The notes under the pieces are model-generated. The model was not told where the DNA came from. It made no database searches and worked only from the letters and a program-made list of their open reading frames with translations. Made by a program: the position numbers and the translations under genes. From positions 11,592 through 75,591 of the forward strand of contig CAZTRB010000005.1 of assembly GCA_964616485.1 (NCBI GenBank): a stretch of 64,000 bases of DNA, given 5' to 3'. Positions within the stretch are counted from its first letter, which is position 1, and the number at the start of each line of letters is the position of its first letter. Origin of the DNA: an uncultured Muribaculaceae bacterium (GTDB lineage Bacteria > Bacillota_I > Bacilli_A > RF39 > UBA660). Shown in pieces: positions 38,019 to 46,427 of this stretch.

Positions 38019-39059
38019 TTACATAATTAACGCTTTTTCATTCAAAACATAGCGATAAGCCTTATTTTCATGGATAATAATAAACGTACTTTCTCTTTTC
38101 CTCTTACTCTCAAAAAACAAGATAGGTATCCTTAATTCATCTTCGATATCGATTAGATCTTTAACGTTAGTTATATCCATTACATTAAATTTACTTAAGT
38201 CTGGTTTTTTAGCCACTTCAGCGATAACATTGGCATAAGTAGTTAAGATCCTATCTCTTTCTTTAGTGTAAGGGTCAGCGTTTTTAAGGTGTAGTACTCT
38301 CTTTAAATAATAGAAGAATAAGACAAATGACACCATTACTAAGAATATTCCAATAGTAAGACCGTACTGATTAACGATGTTATCTTTACTAAAAACATTT
38401 TTATTCTCATTGAAAGATCCCGTTTTATCGACACTTACTACCGTATCCAAAAGAGGAATTTTAGCTGTCATAGTGTGAAGATCAGCGACTTTCTTAGCCG
38501 TTTCTTTAGTCGTAATAAGATTGTTTATTTCAAAGACAACTTTTATATAAGCCTCTGTTAAGATAGAACTTTCTTTTCTAAACTCCAAAGCTTCTTCTTG
38601 ATATTCTTTATAATCGATAGTCGTTTTATAATCAAAGAACACGACTCCTGTCTCTTGTTTTATGACTTTATTTTTAGGAAACAAAACGTCTTCTCTCTTC
38701 CATAATTCTTCCGTTTGAAGGCCGTCTTTATAAGTGTTAACTAAAAACAAAGATATAGAATATTCCGCTTCAGAATCAATTAGATTAATAGACGTAAGGT
38801 CATAAGTAAATTTTAAATCGATATAGTCGATATATTTAGCTAGAATCTTATTCTTATTAATATATTCATCTTTATATAAAAAGTTATCTTTTAGTCTAAA
38901 ATTATACTCGATATCACCGAAAGATTTATAATCGACAACGATATTATTTTTGTTATTTTCTATACTCGTACTATCATAAGTTATAATTGATCCGGCAAAA
39001 AAGAGTAATACCCCTAGTAATAATAATACTATACTTTCCTTTTCTTTAGTTCTTTTCAT
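38019..39059 (-). CDS. bitopic membrane protein (N-terminal TM, ~220-aa extracytoplasmic domain, second TM, ~100-aa cytoplasmic tail), last gene of der-hup island
   Basis: TM1 IVLLLLGVLLFFAGSII, TM2 GLTIGIFLVMVSFVLFFYYL; 14-nt gap to SipW-like gene; no assignable motif. Confidence 0.5.
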   Translation of the reverse strand: MKRTKEKESIVLLLLGVLLFFAGSIITYDSTSIENNKNNIVVDYKSFGDIEYNFRLKDNFLYKDEYINKNKILAKYIDYIDLKFTYDLTSINLIDSEAEYSISLFLVNTYKDGLQTEELWKREDVLFPKNKVIKQETGVVFFDYKTTIDYKEYQEEALEFRKESSILTEAYIKVVFEINNLITTKETAKKVADLHTMTAKIPLLDTVVSVDKTGSFNENKNVFSKDNIVNQYGLTIGIFLVMVSFVLFFYYLKRVLHLKNADPYTKERDRILTTYANVIAEVAKKPDLSKFNVMDITNVKDLIDIEDELRIPILFFESKRKRESTFIIIHENKAYRYVLNEKALIM

Positions 39060-39073
39060 CTTGACCTCCTATT

Positions 39074-40213
39074 TTAATTATTTAAAAGTTCATTAAACCA
39101 TACTGTAGGATATCCAAAATATGGTAGAGAAACATTATATTTTGCAACTATGTCTTCCGGATAAACTCTCCAGTTATCTTCTGACGAATTATTATCTCCT
39201 TTTGTTATGAGATAATCTATATCACCATTAGATAATCTACTTATATAATTAATCCTGTGAACGACATAGGTATTATCGTATCTATAATAGATTATATCAT
39301 ATTGAACTAAATTATTAATATCTTTATCACTTAATTTTTCTAAAATTAATAAATCTCCTCTTTTAAAAGTATCTTTCATACTATCGGATAAAACGGCCAT
39401 CGGATAATAATTAAATACTCTTAAGATAAACATTATTAATACCGATACGACGATGGCAAGAATAGTTATACCACCATTCTTTTCATCGATAAACCTTCTC
39501 GTTCTAGAATCGCTATTATTAACCAAGGTACTTATATTAAAATAGACGAACATCGGTAGCAACAAACCGAATAGAGTCGTTACAATCCAGGGATGGCTAG
39601 GTAAAATAGGTAAGATGATTAGTAATAGTCTCGTCCATACCAAGTAGATTATAGTCGTCTTATACTTCATATTTCTTTGTAAATAAGTCATGACATAACT
39701 AGTTATAATAAGCGGAAGGACTAATGAAGAAAACATCTTAAAAAGATAACTAAACTCACTTACAGAGAAAATATATAAGACATTCATACTACTGAAAGCC
39801 AATAAAAATGAAATGATACTATTATTAATTAAAGTATCTTTGGAGTTGGTAATTAACTTATATCTTATATACTCGTTTACCGTTATCGTTCCAATAGTAG
39901 TAAAAACAACTTTTAAAAGAGTAATTAAAGACCTATTATATATCGATTTCTCATAACCAAAGAAAAGACCAGACATAAAATATATTAAAGAATATATTAT
40001 TAAGATTATTATTATGTTTTGAGTCTTATCGTAGTTATCTTTGCTCTTAGTATATTTAGTATCGAATAAAAAGAAGAAAGTAACTGCTATTATCGATAAA
40101 ATTATCATATTCATTATTCCTGCATACACAGAGAAGATAGAAGTAACTAGATAATTTTGAAATATTATATATAAAAACAGTATTATATATGTTAAATATA
40201 TTTTCTTCATCAT
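39074..40213 (-). CDS. SipW-type (ER/archaeal-type S26B) signal peptidase I fused to a Cys-free ~8-TM N-terminal domain
   Basis: C-terminal peptidase MAVLSDSMKDTFKRGDLLILEK (Ser box; SipW VVLSGSMEPEFNTGDLILV) and ITKGDNNSSEDNW (GDNN box); ~280 aa of TM helices with no Cys precede it; AGGAGG RBS before MMKK. Confidence 0.6.
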   Translation of the reverse strand: MMKKIYLTYIILFLYIIFQNYLVTSIFSVYAGIMNMIILSIIAVTFFFLFDTKYTKSKDNYDKTQNIIIILIIYSLIYFMSGLFFGYEKSIYNRSLITLLKVVFTTIGTITVNEYIRYKLITNSKDTLINNSIISFLLAFSSMNVLYIFSVSEFSYLFKMFSSLVLPLIITSYVMTYLQRNMKYKTTIIYLVWTRLLLIILPILPSHPWIVTTLFGLLLPMFVYFNISTLVNNSDSRTRRFIDEKNGGITILAIVVSVLIMFILRVFNYYPMAVLSDSMKDTFKRGDLLILEKLSDKDINNLVQYDIIYYRYDNTYVVHRINYISRLSNGDIDYLITKGDNNSSEDNWRVYPEDIVAKYNVSLPYFGYPTVWFNELLNN

Positions 40214-40310
40214 GGTCCTCCTATTATAAATATTATATACTACAACAAAGAAAAAAAACAACTTTTACAGTCTTTTGTACTGTTTAATTGTTTTTTTGTA
40301 AACTTATCTT

Positions 40311-40826
40311 TTAACGAACTACATAGTCAAGTGTCAGCCTCAAGTCTTTTGTTAAGTCTTCAGCGGTAACTTCTTCAGTCATATCTGGATTATAATAAGC
40401 TATAACTTCAAATAATTTGCTTTGTCCGACTTGTAATACTTCACCGGCTTCTATTCCGTTTATTGTATAAATAATAAATCCTTCTCCATAGTCTTTAGGA
40501 TTTAATTCAATGGCATTTAATTTAGCATCTAGGTTTCCTTGATTTCTAACATTAACAACATATTTAACGGTATCACCAGGATCGACAAAAGTAGCGCTAA
40601 ATATAGCGGTCTTAGAATCTAAAACGGTCGATTCTAAACTTTTTCCACTTCCCTCAGTCTCTGTGCTATTAATTGCCGTTATCGCGACGTCAAAGTCAGG
40701 GTTAACGATCGTAGCACTTCCTTTTATTTCTAACTGCGTAGATAAAAGAGCATACCCTACTGACACAAAAACAAGTGCAACTAGTAAAGCTCCAATCATC
40801 GTATTTTTCTTATCTTTATTGCTCAT
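40311..40826 (-). CDS. secreted/anchored protein, possible TasA/camelysin-like SipW substrate (alternatively an effector immunity protein)
   Basis: Signal/anchor MSNKDKKNTMIGALLVALVFVSVGYALLSTQLEIKGSA; VDPGDTVKYVVNVRNQGNLDAKL resembles TasA LKPGDKLTKDFQFENNGSLAIK; position directly upstream of SipW-like peptidase. Confidence 0.4.
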   Translation of the reverse strand: MSNKDKKNTMIGALLVALVFVSVGYALLSTQLEIKGSATIVNPDFDVAITAINSTETEGSGKSLESTVLDSKTAIFSATFVDPGDTVKYVVNVRNQGNLDAKLNAIELNPKDYGEGFIIYTINGIEAGEVLQVGQSKLFEVIAYYNPDMTEEVTAEDLTKDLRLTLDYVVR

Positions 40827-40880
40827 ATAATCCTCCTATAATAAATTTTAATATATATGGCTTTTATTGTCAATTATTCG

Positions 40881-41948
40881 CTATGAATCTACTACTTTTA
40901 ATTTAAGACGAATCATACTCTTAACCTGATTAAATTGTTCAGTAGAATGAAACATTGTCTGTGAAATTGTCGTTGAACCTACTTTATCACCAGTTACGAC
41001 CCATTCGTAATAGTTTGTTCTTAAGAATGTACTAGGGTCTTTTCTATTTACATAAGGTTCAGAAACAGCTGTCGCATAGTTTTGCCAACCTTTAGCACCA
41101 TCAGCCGTCGTCCTTTGAAGCTGTTTTATTTTACCAGCACTAACTGGAAGTTTTACGATTATTCTAATAGTCTCTCCCTTTTTTACGACTATTTCATCAT
41201 CTCTTTTATATTCTTTTCCGTTATACCAAAGAGTAGGAGTTTGGGCTACTTTACCTATTTTAGGTGAGATATAATAATCATCATTATCAATATCTCCGAC
41301 AAAAGCCCTAGCTTCTTCATCGAGACTAAGATTAGTACTAGTTATTTGACTATTGACTATCTTTTTAACTTCTTCTTCCTTTATTTTAATCTCTTCTATT
41401 TTAGTAGTAGTAACTCCTTTAATAGAGGCTATCTCTTTATCAATACTCTCTTTTAAAATCGTCAAAGTTCTAAAGTCACTATCGACATTCGTCGTTAATT
41501 CATCTTTAGTAGATTGATAAGTCTTATAAGCACTAGTTAAAGTAGTCGTCTCTTCATTATTACTATCTAACTCGTATTTAGGTGAAGGTTCTCTTAGTTT
41601 ATCAAGAGTCTCTTTATTTTTCTCATACTGTAAATCTAAATCTTTAAAAGTCTCTAACATCGATACTAGATTGTTTACTATGCGTTCTGAAACTGGAATC
41701 AATGCTTGTTCGACATTTTTATTAAGATTTTTAATAGCTTCTATTATCTGTGGTAAAAACTCGGACTTTAAATACTCTTGTCCCGCTTCTTTCCAATTCT
41801 CACCGCTCATCGAATCTAATAGATTTGTGTCTATATCAACTATTTTAGTAACATCTTCAAGCACCCTTTTCGCTTTGTTAACAAGTTCTTTTTCACTTTT
41901 GAGTTTTTCATAATAATTATCGTAAGGATTAATATAAAAAATTGCCAT
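40881..41948 (-). CDS. LXG-like N-terminal domain protein with unassigned beta-rich C-terminal domain (T7SSb effector-like)
   Basis: No signal peptide; IVDIDTNLLDSMSGENWKEAGQEYLKSEF parallels LXG segment IVDLDNAFQGKGADAIKAFF at the same position (~aa 35-60); long predicted helical N-half; preceded by two WXG100-like genes. Confidence 0.5.
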   Translation of the reverse strand: MAIFYINPYDNYYEKLKSEKELVNKAKRVLEDVTKIVDIDTNLLDSMSGENWKEAGQEYLKSEFLPQIIEAIKNLNKNVEQALIPVSERIVNNLVSMLETFKDLDLQYEKNKETLDKLREPSPKYELDSNNEETTTLTSAYKTYQSTKDELTTNVDSDFRTLTILKESIDKEIASIKGVTTTKIEEIKIKEEEVKKIVNSQITSTNLSLDEEARAFVGDIDNDDYYISPKIGKVAQTPTLWYNGKEYKRDDEIVVKKGETIRIIVKLPVSAGKIKQLQRTTADGAKGWQNYATAVSEPYVNRKDPSTFLRTNYYEWVVTGDKVGSTTISQTMFHSTEQFNQVKSMIRLKLKVVDS

Positions 41949-41964
41949 TTAATCACATCCTTTA

Positions 41965-42288
41965 TTAATTTATATCTAATTTGCTAGTATTGTCTTCTAA
42001 AAATTGAATTCGATTTCTTTCATCGGTATTATAAGCTTCGATTGCTTCTTCTAAAAACAAAATCAAACTCTCTAATTCTTTTATTTCTAAAGGAAAGTTT
42101 TCACTTATCTTTAAATACTTGTCATACATAATTTGTTGAGTCTTACCAACCCAAACATCAGTTTCTCCATTTATTTGCTTTAGATTATGATCTAATTCAT
42201 CGAATTTACTTTCAAGACTAAACTTTTTTTGTTTTAAAAGAGCTACTACTTTTTCAAGTTCTTTAGTATTAATATCTAAATTCATCAT
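41965..42288 (-). CDS. WXG100-family small helical protein (EsxA/Lap-like)
   Basis: 107 aa; central DVWVGKTQQIMYDKYLKISENFPLEIKELESLILFLEEAI aligns with EsxA [32 protein letters not shown]. Confidence 0.6.
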   Translation of the reverse strand: MMNLDINTKELEKVVALLKQKKFSLESKFDELDHNLKQINGETDVWVGKTQQIMYDKYLKISENFPLEIKELESLILFLEEAIEAYNTDERNRIQFLEDNTSKLDIN

Positions 42289-42587
42289 AGCTTATCACCG
42301 TCTTTTCTCATTTCAGCAACAAACTCATTATTTCTCTTAGTGTATACCCCCATACAATAGTCTATCTTTTCATAGATTCTTTTCAACCTATGATTCTCAT
42401 ATTTACTTTTTGAAATAAATCCACGATACTTATCACAAAAAGCATCACTATCGACGCCTTTCCAATTTTGTTCGATTATCGGAAGTAAGTCTTCTATTTC
42501 TTTAATTACTTTTTCTATCTCTTCATACTTAGTCTCAATAGATAACGAAACACTATCCATTTCTTGAAATTTAACTTTTAGTTTCAT
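42285..42587 (-). CDS. WXG100-like small protein (second helper)
   Basis: 100 aa; IEQNWKGVDSDAFCDKYRGF contains W-x-G followed by AF as in WXG100 proteins; 4-nt overlap with next gene. Confidence 0.45.
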   Translation of the reverse strand: MKLKVKFQEMDSVSLSIETKYEEIEKVIKEIEDLLPIIEQNWKGVDSDAFCDKYRGFISKSKYENHRLKRIYEKIDYCMGVYTKRNNEFVAEMRKDGDKL

Positions 42588-42588
42588 A

Positions 42589-43482
42589 TTAAACTCCTTG
42601 CTTCAATACATCGATATATATTTCGTTAGTCAATAGGGTTTCAACGGTAATATCTAACTTTTTAGCGATGTTATTGATATAGTTTTTATATATACTCATC
42701 TCTTTATTAGTTAAGCCATCCGGTATTTCAGGAGCATAATAAAGAGAGTGAAAAGTTTTAAACAAAAGAGTCTTATTTTTATCCTCGATTAATAGTTCGG
42801 AAAAAGTAATATTACTTGATTCTGCTACTTTTTCTAGATGTTCTTTAGTTATTAAAAAAGTCAGGCTTTGTTCAAAAATATTAAAATCTTTGTTTTTTGC
42901 TAACAATTCTAAAAGTTGTTTTTGAATGACAAAATTATCTTCTGTAGAAAAAACTAAATTTGGTGCGAATCTTTTTAAGTAGAAGATTAAGGCCTTAGTG
43001 TTTTGGCCTCCAAATAAAAGACGATTTAAATTAAATGGGTCTTTTTCGTTAACGTTTTGAACTAGCAAACTTTGTCCAAACGAATCGAAATCAGCAAGGT
43101 CCGTAATCTGGCTATTAGGAAGCATGCTTGGTCCACCTACAGTCTCTCCAATTACACCACTAAATCCACCACCTCCAGTATAGCCACTATAACCACTACC
43201 ATTATTAGTATCATCTTCGACAATCTTACCAAGATTCTCTTCACTAGTTATCATGTCTTCACTATGTCCTCTAAGTCTTCTAATTAATTGTGTTTTATTT
43301 GTAGCAAGACTATCTACGTCTTTTTTAATATCTTCGGCAACAGTCGATAGTTCTAATTCTTTAAATACAGCAAAATCAGTAGCCACCGAAGTAGCGACTG
43401 CTTCCAAAAGGGCCGAAGTCTCTGATAACTTACTAATTACTTCTTCTAATTCTGCAGAGTTATAAATTATTTCATTTGTCAT
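42589..43482 (-). CDS. hypothetical bipartite protein: helical N-domain, Gly-rich linker, ~170-aa C-domain
   Basis: No signal/TM; GSGYSGYTGGGGFSGVIGETVGGP linker; begins 18 nt after der stop with AGGTG RBS. Confidence 0.5.
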   Translation of the reverse strand: MTNEIIYNSAELEEVISKLSETSALLEAVATSVATDFAVFKELELSTVAEDIKKDVDSLATNKTQLIRRLRGHSEDMITSEENLGKIVEDDTNNGSGYSGYTGGGGFSGVIGETVGGPSMLPNSQITDLADFDSFGQSLLVQNVNEKDPFNLNRLLFGGQNTKALIFYLKRFAPNLVFSTEDNFVIQKQLLELLAKNKDFNIFEQSLTFLITKEHLEKVAESSNITFSELLIEDKNKTLLFKTFHSLYYAPEIPDGLTNKEMSIYKNYINNIAKKLDITVETLLTNEIYIDVLKQGV

Positions 43483-43500
43483 ATAATCACCTACTTATTA

Positions 43501-44805
43501 TTAATCACTTCTATTTTTAAACTGTAATACTATCGGAGTACCACTTAATTCAAAATTTTCTCTTAATTTATTTTCTAAATATCTCTCGTATGAAAAGTGA
43601 ACGAGATTTTTATTATTAACATGAAATGTATATTTAGGAGGTTTCTTTCCCGTTTGATTGACAAAATATATCTTAAGTCTCTTACCTTTATAAGATGGTG
43701 GTGGATTTAATGTGTATGCTTCAATCATAACTTCAGATAAAAGACTACTCGCTATTTCTCTACTTATATTTTCTTTTACTTTAAGTATCTCAGGCATAAT
43801 AGTATGAATTCTCTTTTTAGTTAAAGCCGATGTAAATACGATCGGTACATAACTTAAAAATTGAAACTCTGATCTTACTTTCTTAGTATATTCTCTTATA
43901 TCCATATCTTTAACAGTATCCCATTTGTTAACGACGATTATTAATCCTTTACCACTTTCCAAGACATATCCGGCAATATGTTTATCATGCTCGATAATTC
44001 CTTCTTCCGCATTAATTACTAAGAGACAAATATCGCTACGATCAATCGCCTTCATACTTCTAAGAGCACTATACTTCTCAATATTTTCAAATATTCGTCC
44101 CTTTTTTCTTAATCCAGCTGTGTCGATAGCTACAAACTCTTCATCGTTATATCTGAACACCGTATCAACGGCATCTCTAGTCGTTCCAGGAACATCACTA
44201 ACAATTAAACGGTCTTCATTTAAAAGAGCATTTATAATACTACTCTTACCGACATTGGGCCTTCCAACGACGGAAAACTTTAAACGATTATCTTCTATTG
44301 AATAATCTCTCTTCGGTAAATGCGATACTATTTCATCGAAAAGTTCGATGAAACCGATATTATGCTCTCCACTTACTTGAACATAACTATCGAATCCAAG
44401 CTCATAAAAATCATAGATATTATCGATACTCTTTTTACTATCTACCTTGTTAATAACGACTATTACTTCCTTGTTACTTTTTCTTAACATATCTCTTACT
44501 AAATAGTCGTTACTAGTCAAGCCCTCTTTACCATCGACGATAAATAACACGACATCGGCTTGTTCGATAGCAATTTCCGCTTGCATTTTTATTACGTCAT
44601 TAAATTTTATCTCTTCACTATCGATACCACCGGTATCAATAACATTGAACTTATAATCTCCGTAAGTAGTATCACTATATATCCTGTCTCTAGTAACTCC
44701 AGGAGTATCTTCGATAATAGATATTCTTGAACCGACCATACGATTGAAGATTGTGCTTTTTCCAACATTAGGCGTTCCGACTAATGCGATAATTGGAAGG
44801 TTCAT
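43501..44805 (-). CDS. der: ribosome biogenesis GTPase Der (EngA), tandem GTPase domains + KH-like domain
   Basis: Two G-domains: GTPNVGKST...DTPG and GRPNVGKSS...DTAG. Confidence 0.96.
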   Translation of the reverse strand: MNLPIIALVGTPNVGKSTIFNRMVGSRISIIEDTPGVTRDRIYSDTTYGDYKFNVIDTGGIDSEEIKFNDVIKMQAEIAIEQADVVLFIVDGKEGLTSNDYLVRDMLRKSNKEVIVVINKVDSKKSIDNIYDFYELGFDSYVQVSGEHNIGFIELFDEIVSHLPKRDYSIEDNRLKFSVVGRPNVGKSSIINALLNEDRLIVSDVPGTTRDAVDTVFRYNDEEFVAIDTAGLRKKGRIFENIEKYSALRSMKAIDRSDICLLVINAEEGIIEHDKHIAGYVLESGKGLIIVVNKWDTVKDMDIREYTKKVRSEFQFLSYVPIVFTSALTKKRIHTIMPEILKVKENISREIASSLLSEVMIEAYTLNPPPSYKGKRLKIYFVNQTGKKPPKYTFHVNNKNLVHFSYERYLENKLRENFELSGTPIVLQFKNRSD

Positions 44806-44871
44806 ATAATCACCTCGATTTTCTTAATTATAGCAAATTTTCTCATCTTTGTTAACAAAAAAAGAAATAAA

Positions 44872-45462
44872 CTATTTCTCTTTTACTATTTGTTCTATTT
44901 GATTGACAATCTCTTCGCGTCCTAATTTAGTAACACTTGAAAAAAGAACGATATTGTCTCCGACAATTATATCTAAAGTATCTTTAAGTTGTTTTAAATT
45001 CTTCTCTTTTTCTCTAGAACTAACTTTATCTGTCTTTGTAGCAACGATCGTTACCGGTATTTGATAATGCTTTAAATAATTATACATTAAGACATCATCA
45101 CTACTAGGTTTATGACGAAAATCGACTAATAGAAAGACTCTCTTTAACTCGTCTCTTTTCTCCAAATACTCTTCTACCATAAGACCAAACTTCTTAATTT
45201 CCTCTTTACTAGTATCAGCATAACCGTAACCGGGCACATCGACTAAATAAAAGCTATTATCGACATTAAAGAAATTTAAAGTACTAGTCTTTCCAGGCTT
45301 AGAAGAAATACGAGCCATGTTTCTTCTATTGACAATCGTATTTAAGAAACTACTCTTACCGACATTACTGCGTCCTAACATAATGAATTCTTTCATGCCA
45401 TCTTCCGGATATTGACTTCTTCTAACGGCACTTATAAATAAATCGACATTATTAAAATTCAT
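44872..45462 (-). CDS. engB: ribosome biogenesis GTP-binding protein EngB/YsxC
   Basis: ISAVRRSQYPEDGMKEFIMLGRSNVGKSSFLN...DVPGYGYA; start set at MNFNN by alignment to YsxC. Confidence 0.9.
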   Translation of the reverse strand: MNFNNVDLFISAVRRSQYPEDGMKEFIMLGRSNVGKSSFLNTIVNRRNMARISSKPGKTSTLNFFNVDNSFYLVDVPGYGYADTSKEEIKKFGLMVEEYLEKRDELKRVFLLVDFRHKPSSDDVLMYNYLKHYQIPVTIVATKTDKVSSREKEKNLKQLKDTLDIIVGDNIVLFSSVTKLGREEIVNQIEQIVKEK

Positions 45463-46426
45463 CTCTCTCACCTTGACTTTCAATATACTCTTTACAAGTA
45501 TTGTCTAAATCTCTAATAAAAGGCATGACTTCATCCATACTAGAAAGTCTAGCACCAGAAGCAAATTGATGACCTCCACCCCTATATTTTTCAGCTACAG
45601 TATTTATTATCGGACCACGTGATCTAATATTAAACTTGATTATATTATTTTTAATATCTTCTGATACCGTAACCCATACCAAGATTTCTTCGATATTATT
45701 AAAGTTATTTATTAAGTTTCCAGCACTACTAGCATCTACTCCATACTCGGTCATTATATCGTTAGTAATGATTGTATAAGCAAGCTTATTGTCAGTAACA
45801 ATCATGTTTTGAGATATATAACCTTGTAATTTTATCTCATTTAAAGGCCTTAAATATAACTTTTGATATAAGTCTTCGACATCTAAGTGATACTTCTCAA
45901 TAAGCTCGGCAACAATTCTCAAAGTATTGTGATTACTATTGAAAAGGAATCTGTTAGTGTCCGATATTATACCTAAAAACAAATACTTAGCTACCTCTTC
46001 ATCAAGTTGTAAGTTGTTTTCTTTTATAAAACGATAGACTAATTCTGAGGCACTACTTGCCGTAGTATCTACATACTCTAAAGGGCCGAAAACATCGATT
46101 GCTGGATGATGGTCTATCTTGCATATCTCTTTATACAAATCGACATTAGAAGCTTCAATTCTCTTCATATCGGGCGTATCGACGACGATAAGTAAAGCTT
46201 CTTTATCTTTAGGATCAAACTTATCTAATTTAGGAAAATAGTTATACTTAGCACTCTTAGCTCCGACTGCATATATTTCTTTATCTTTAAAGGCTAACTT
46301 TAAAGATTCTTTTAAAGCTAGTTGTGCTCCCAAGGCATCGGGATCAACTCCGATATGCCTAGCGATTACTATTATCTTATATTCTTTTACTTTTTTATAT
46401 ATTTTTTTTAACATTGGTACATCCAT
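45452..46426 (-). CDS. nrnA: DHH/DHHA1 phosphoesterase NrnA (bifunctional oligoribonuclease / pAp phosphatase)
   Basis: IIVIARHIGVDPDALGAQLAL (DHH motif I), DHHP motif IV, C-terminal GGGH. Confidence 0.8.
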   Translation of the reverse strand: MDVPMLKKIYKKVKEYKIIVIARHIGVDPDALGAQLALKESLKLAFKDKEIYAVGAKSAKYNYFPKLDKFDPKDKEALLIVVDTPDMKRIEASNVDLYKEICKIDHHPAIDVFGPLEYVDTTASSASELVYRFIKENNLQLDEEVAKYLFLGIISDTNRFLFNSNHNTLRIVAELIEKYHLDVEDLYQKLYLRPLNEIKLQGYISQNMIVTDNKLAYTIITNDIMTEYGVDASSAGNLINNFNNIEEILVWVTVSEDIKNNIIKFNIRSRGPIINTVAEKYRGGGHQFASGARLSSMDEVMPFIRDLDNTCKEYIESQGERDEF

Positions 46427-46427
46427 T

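Noticed and set aside
40881-41948. ADP-ribosyltransferase-like R/STS/ExE triad in the LXG C-domain
   Set aside because: Only a loose R...STT...EQ pattern is present, with wrong spacing and no surrounding fold cues. Too weak to call.
43072-44305. Plus-strand ORFs 43072-43287, 43253-43465, 43925-44305 inside the 297-aa gene and der
   Set aside because: They are antisense to der (unambiguous GTPase motifs) and its neighbour and have low-complexity translations.
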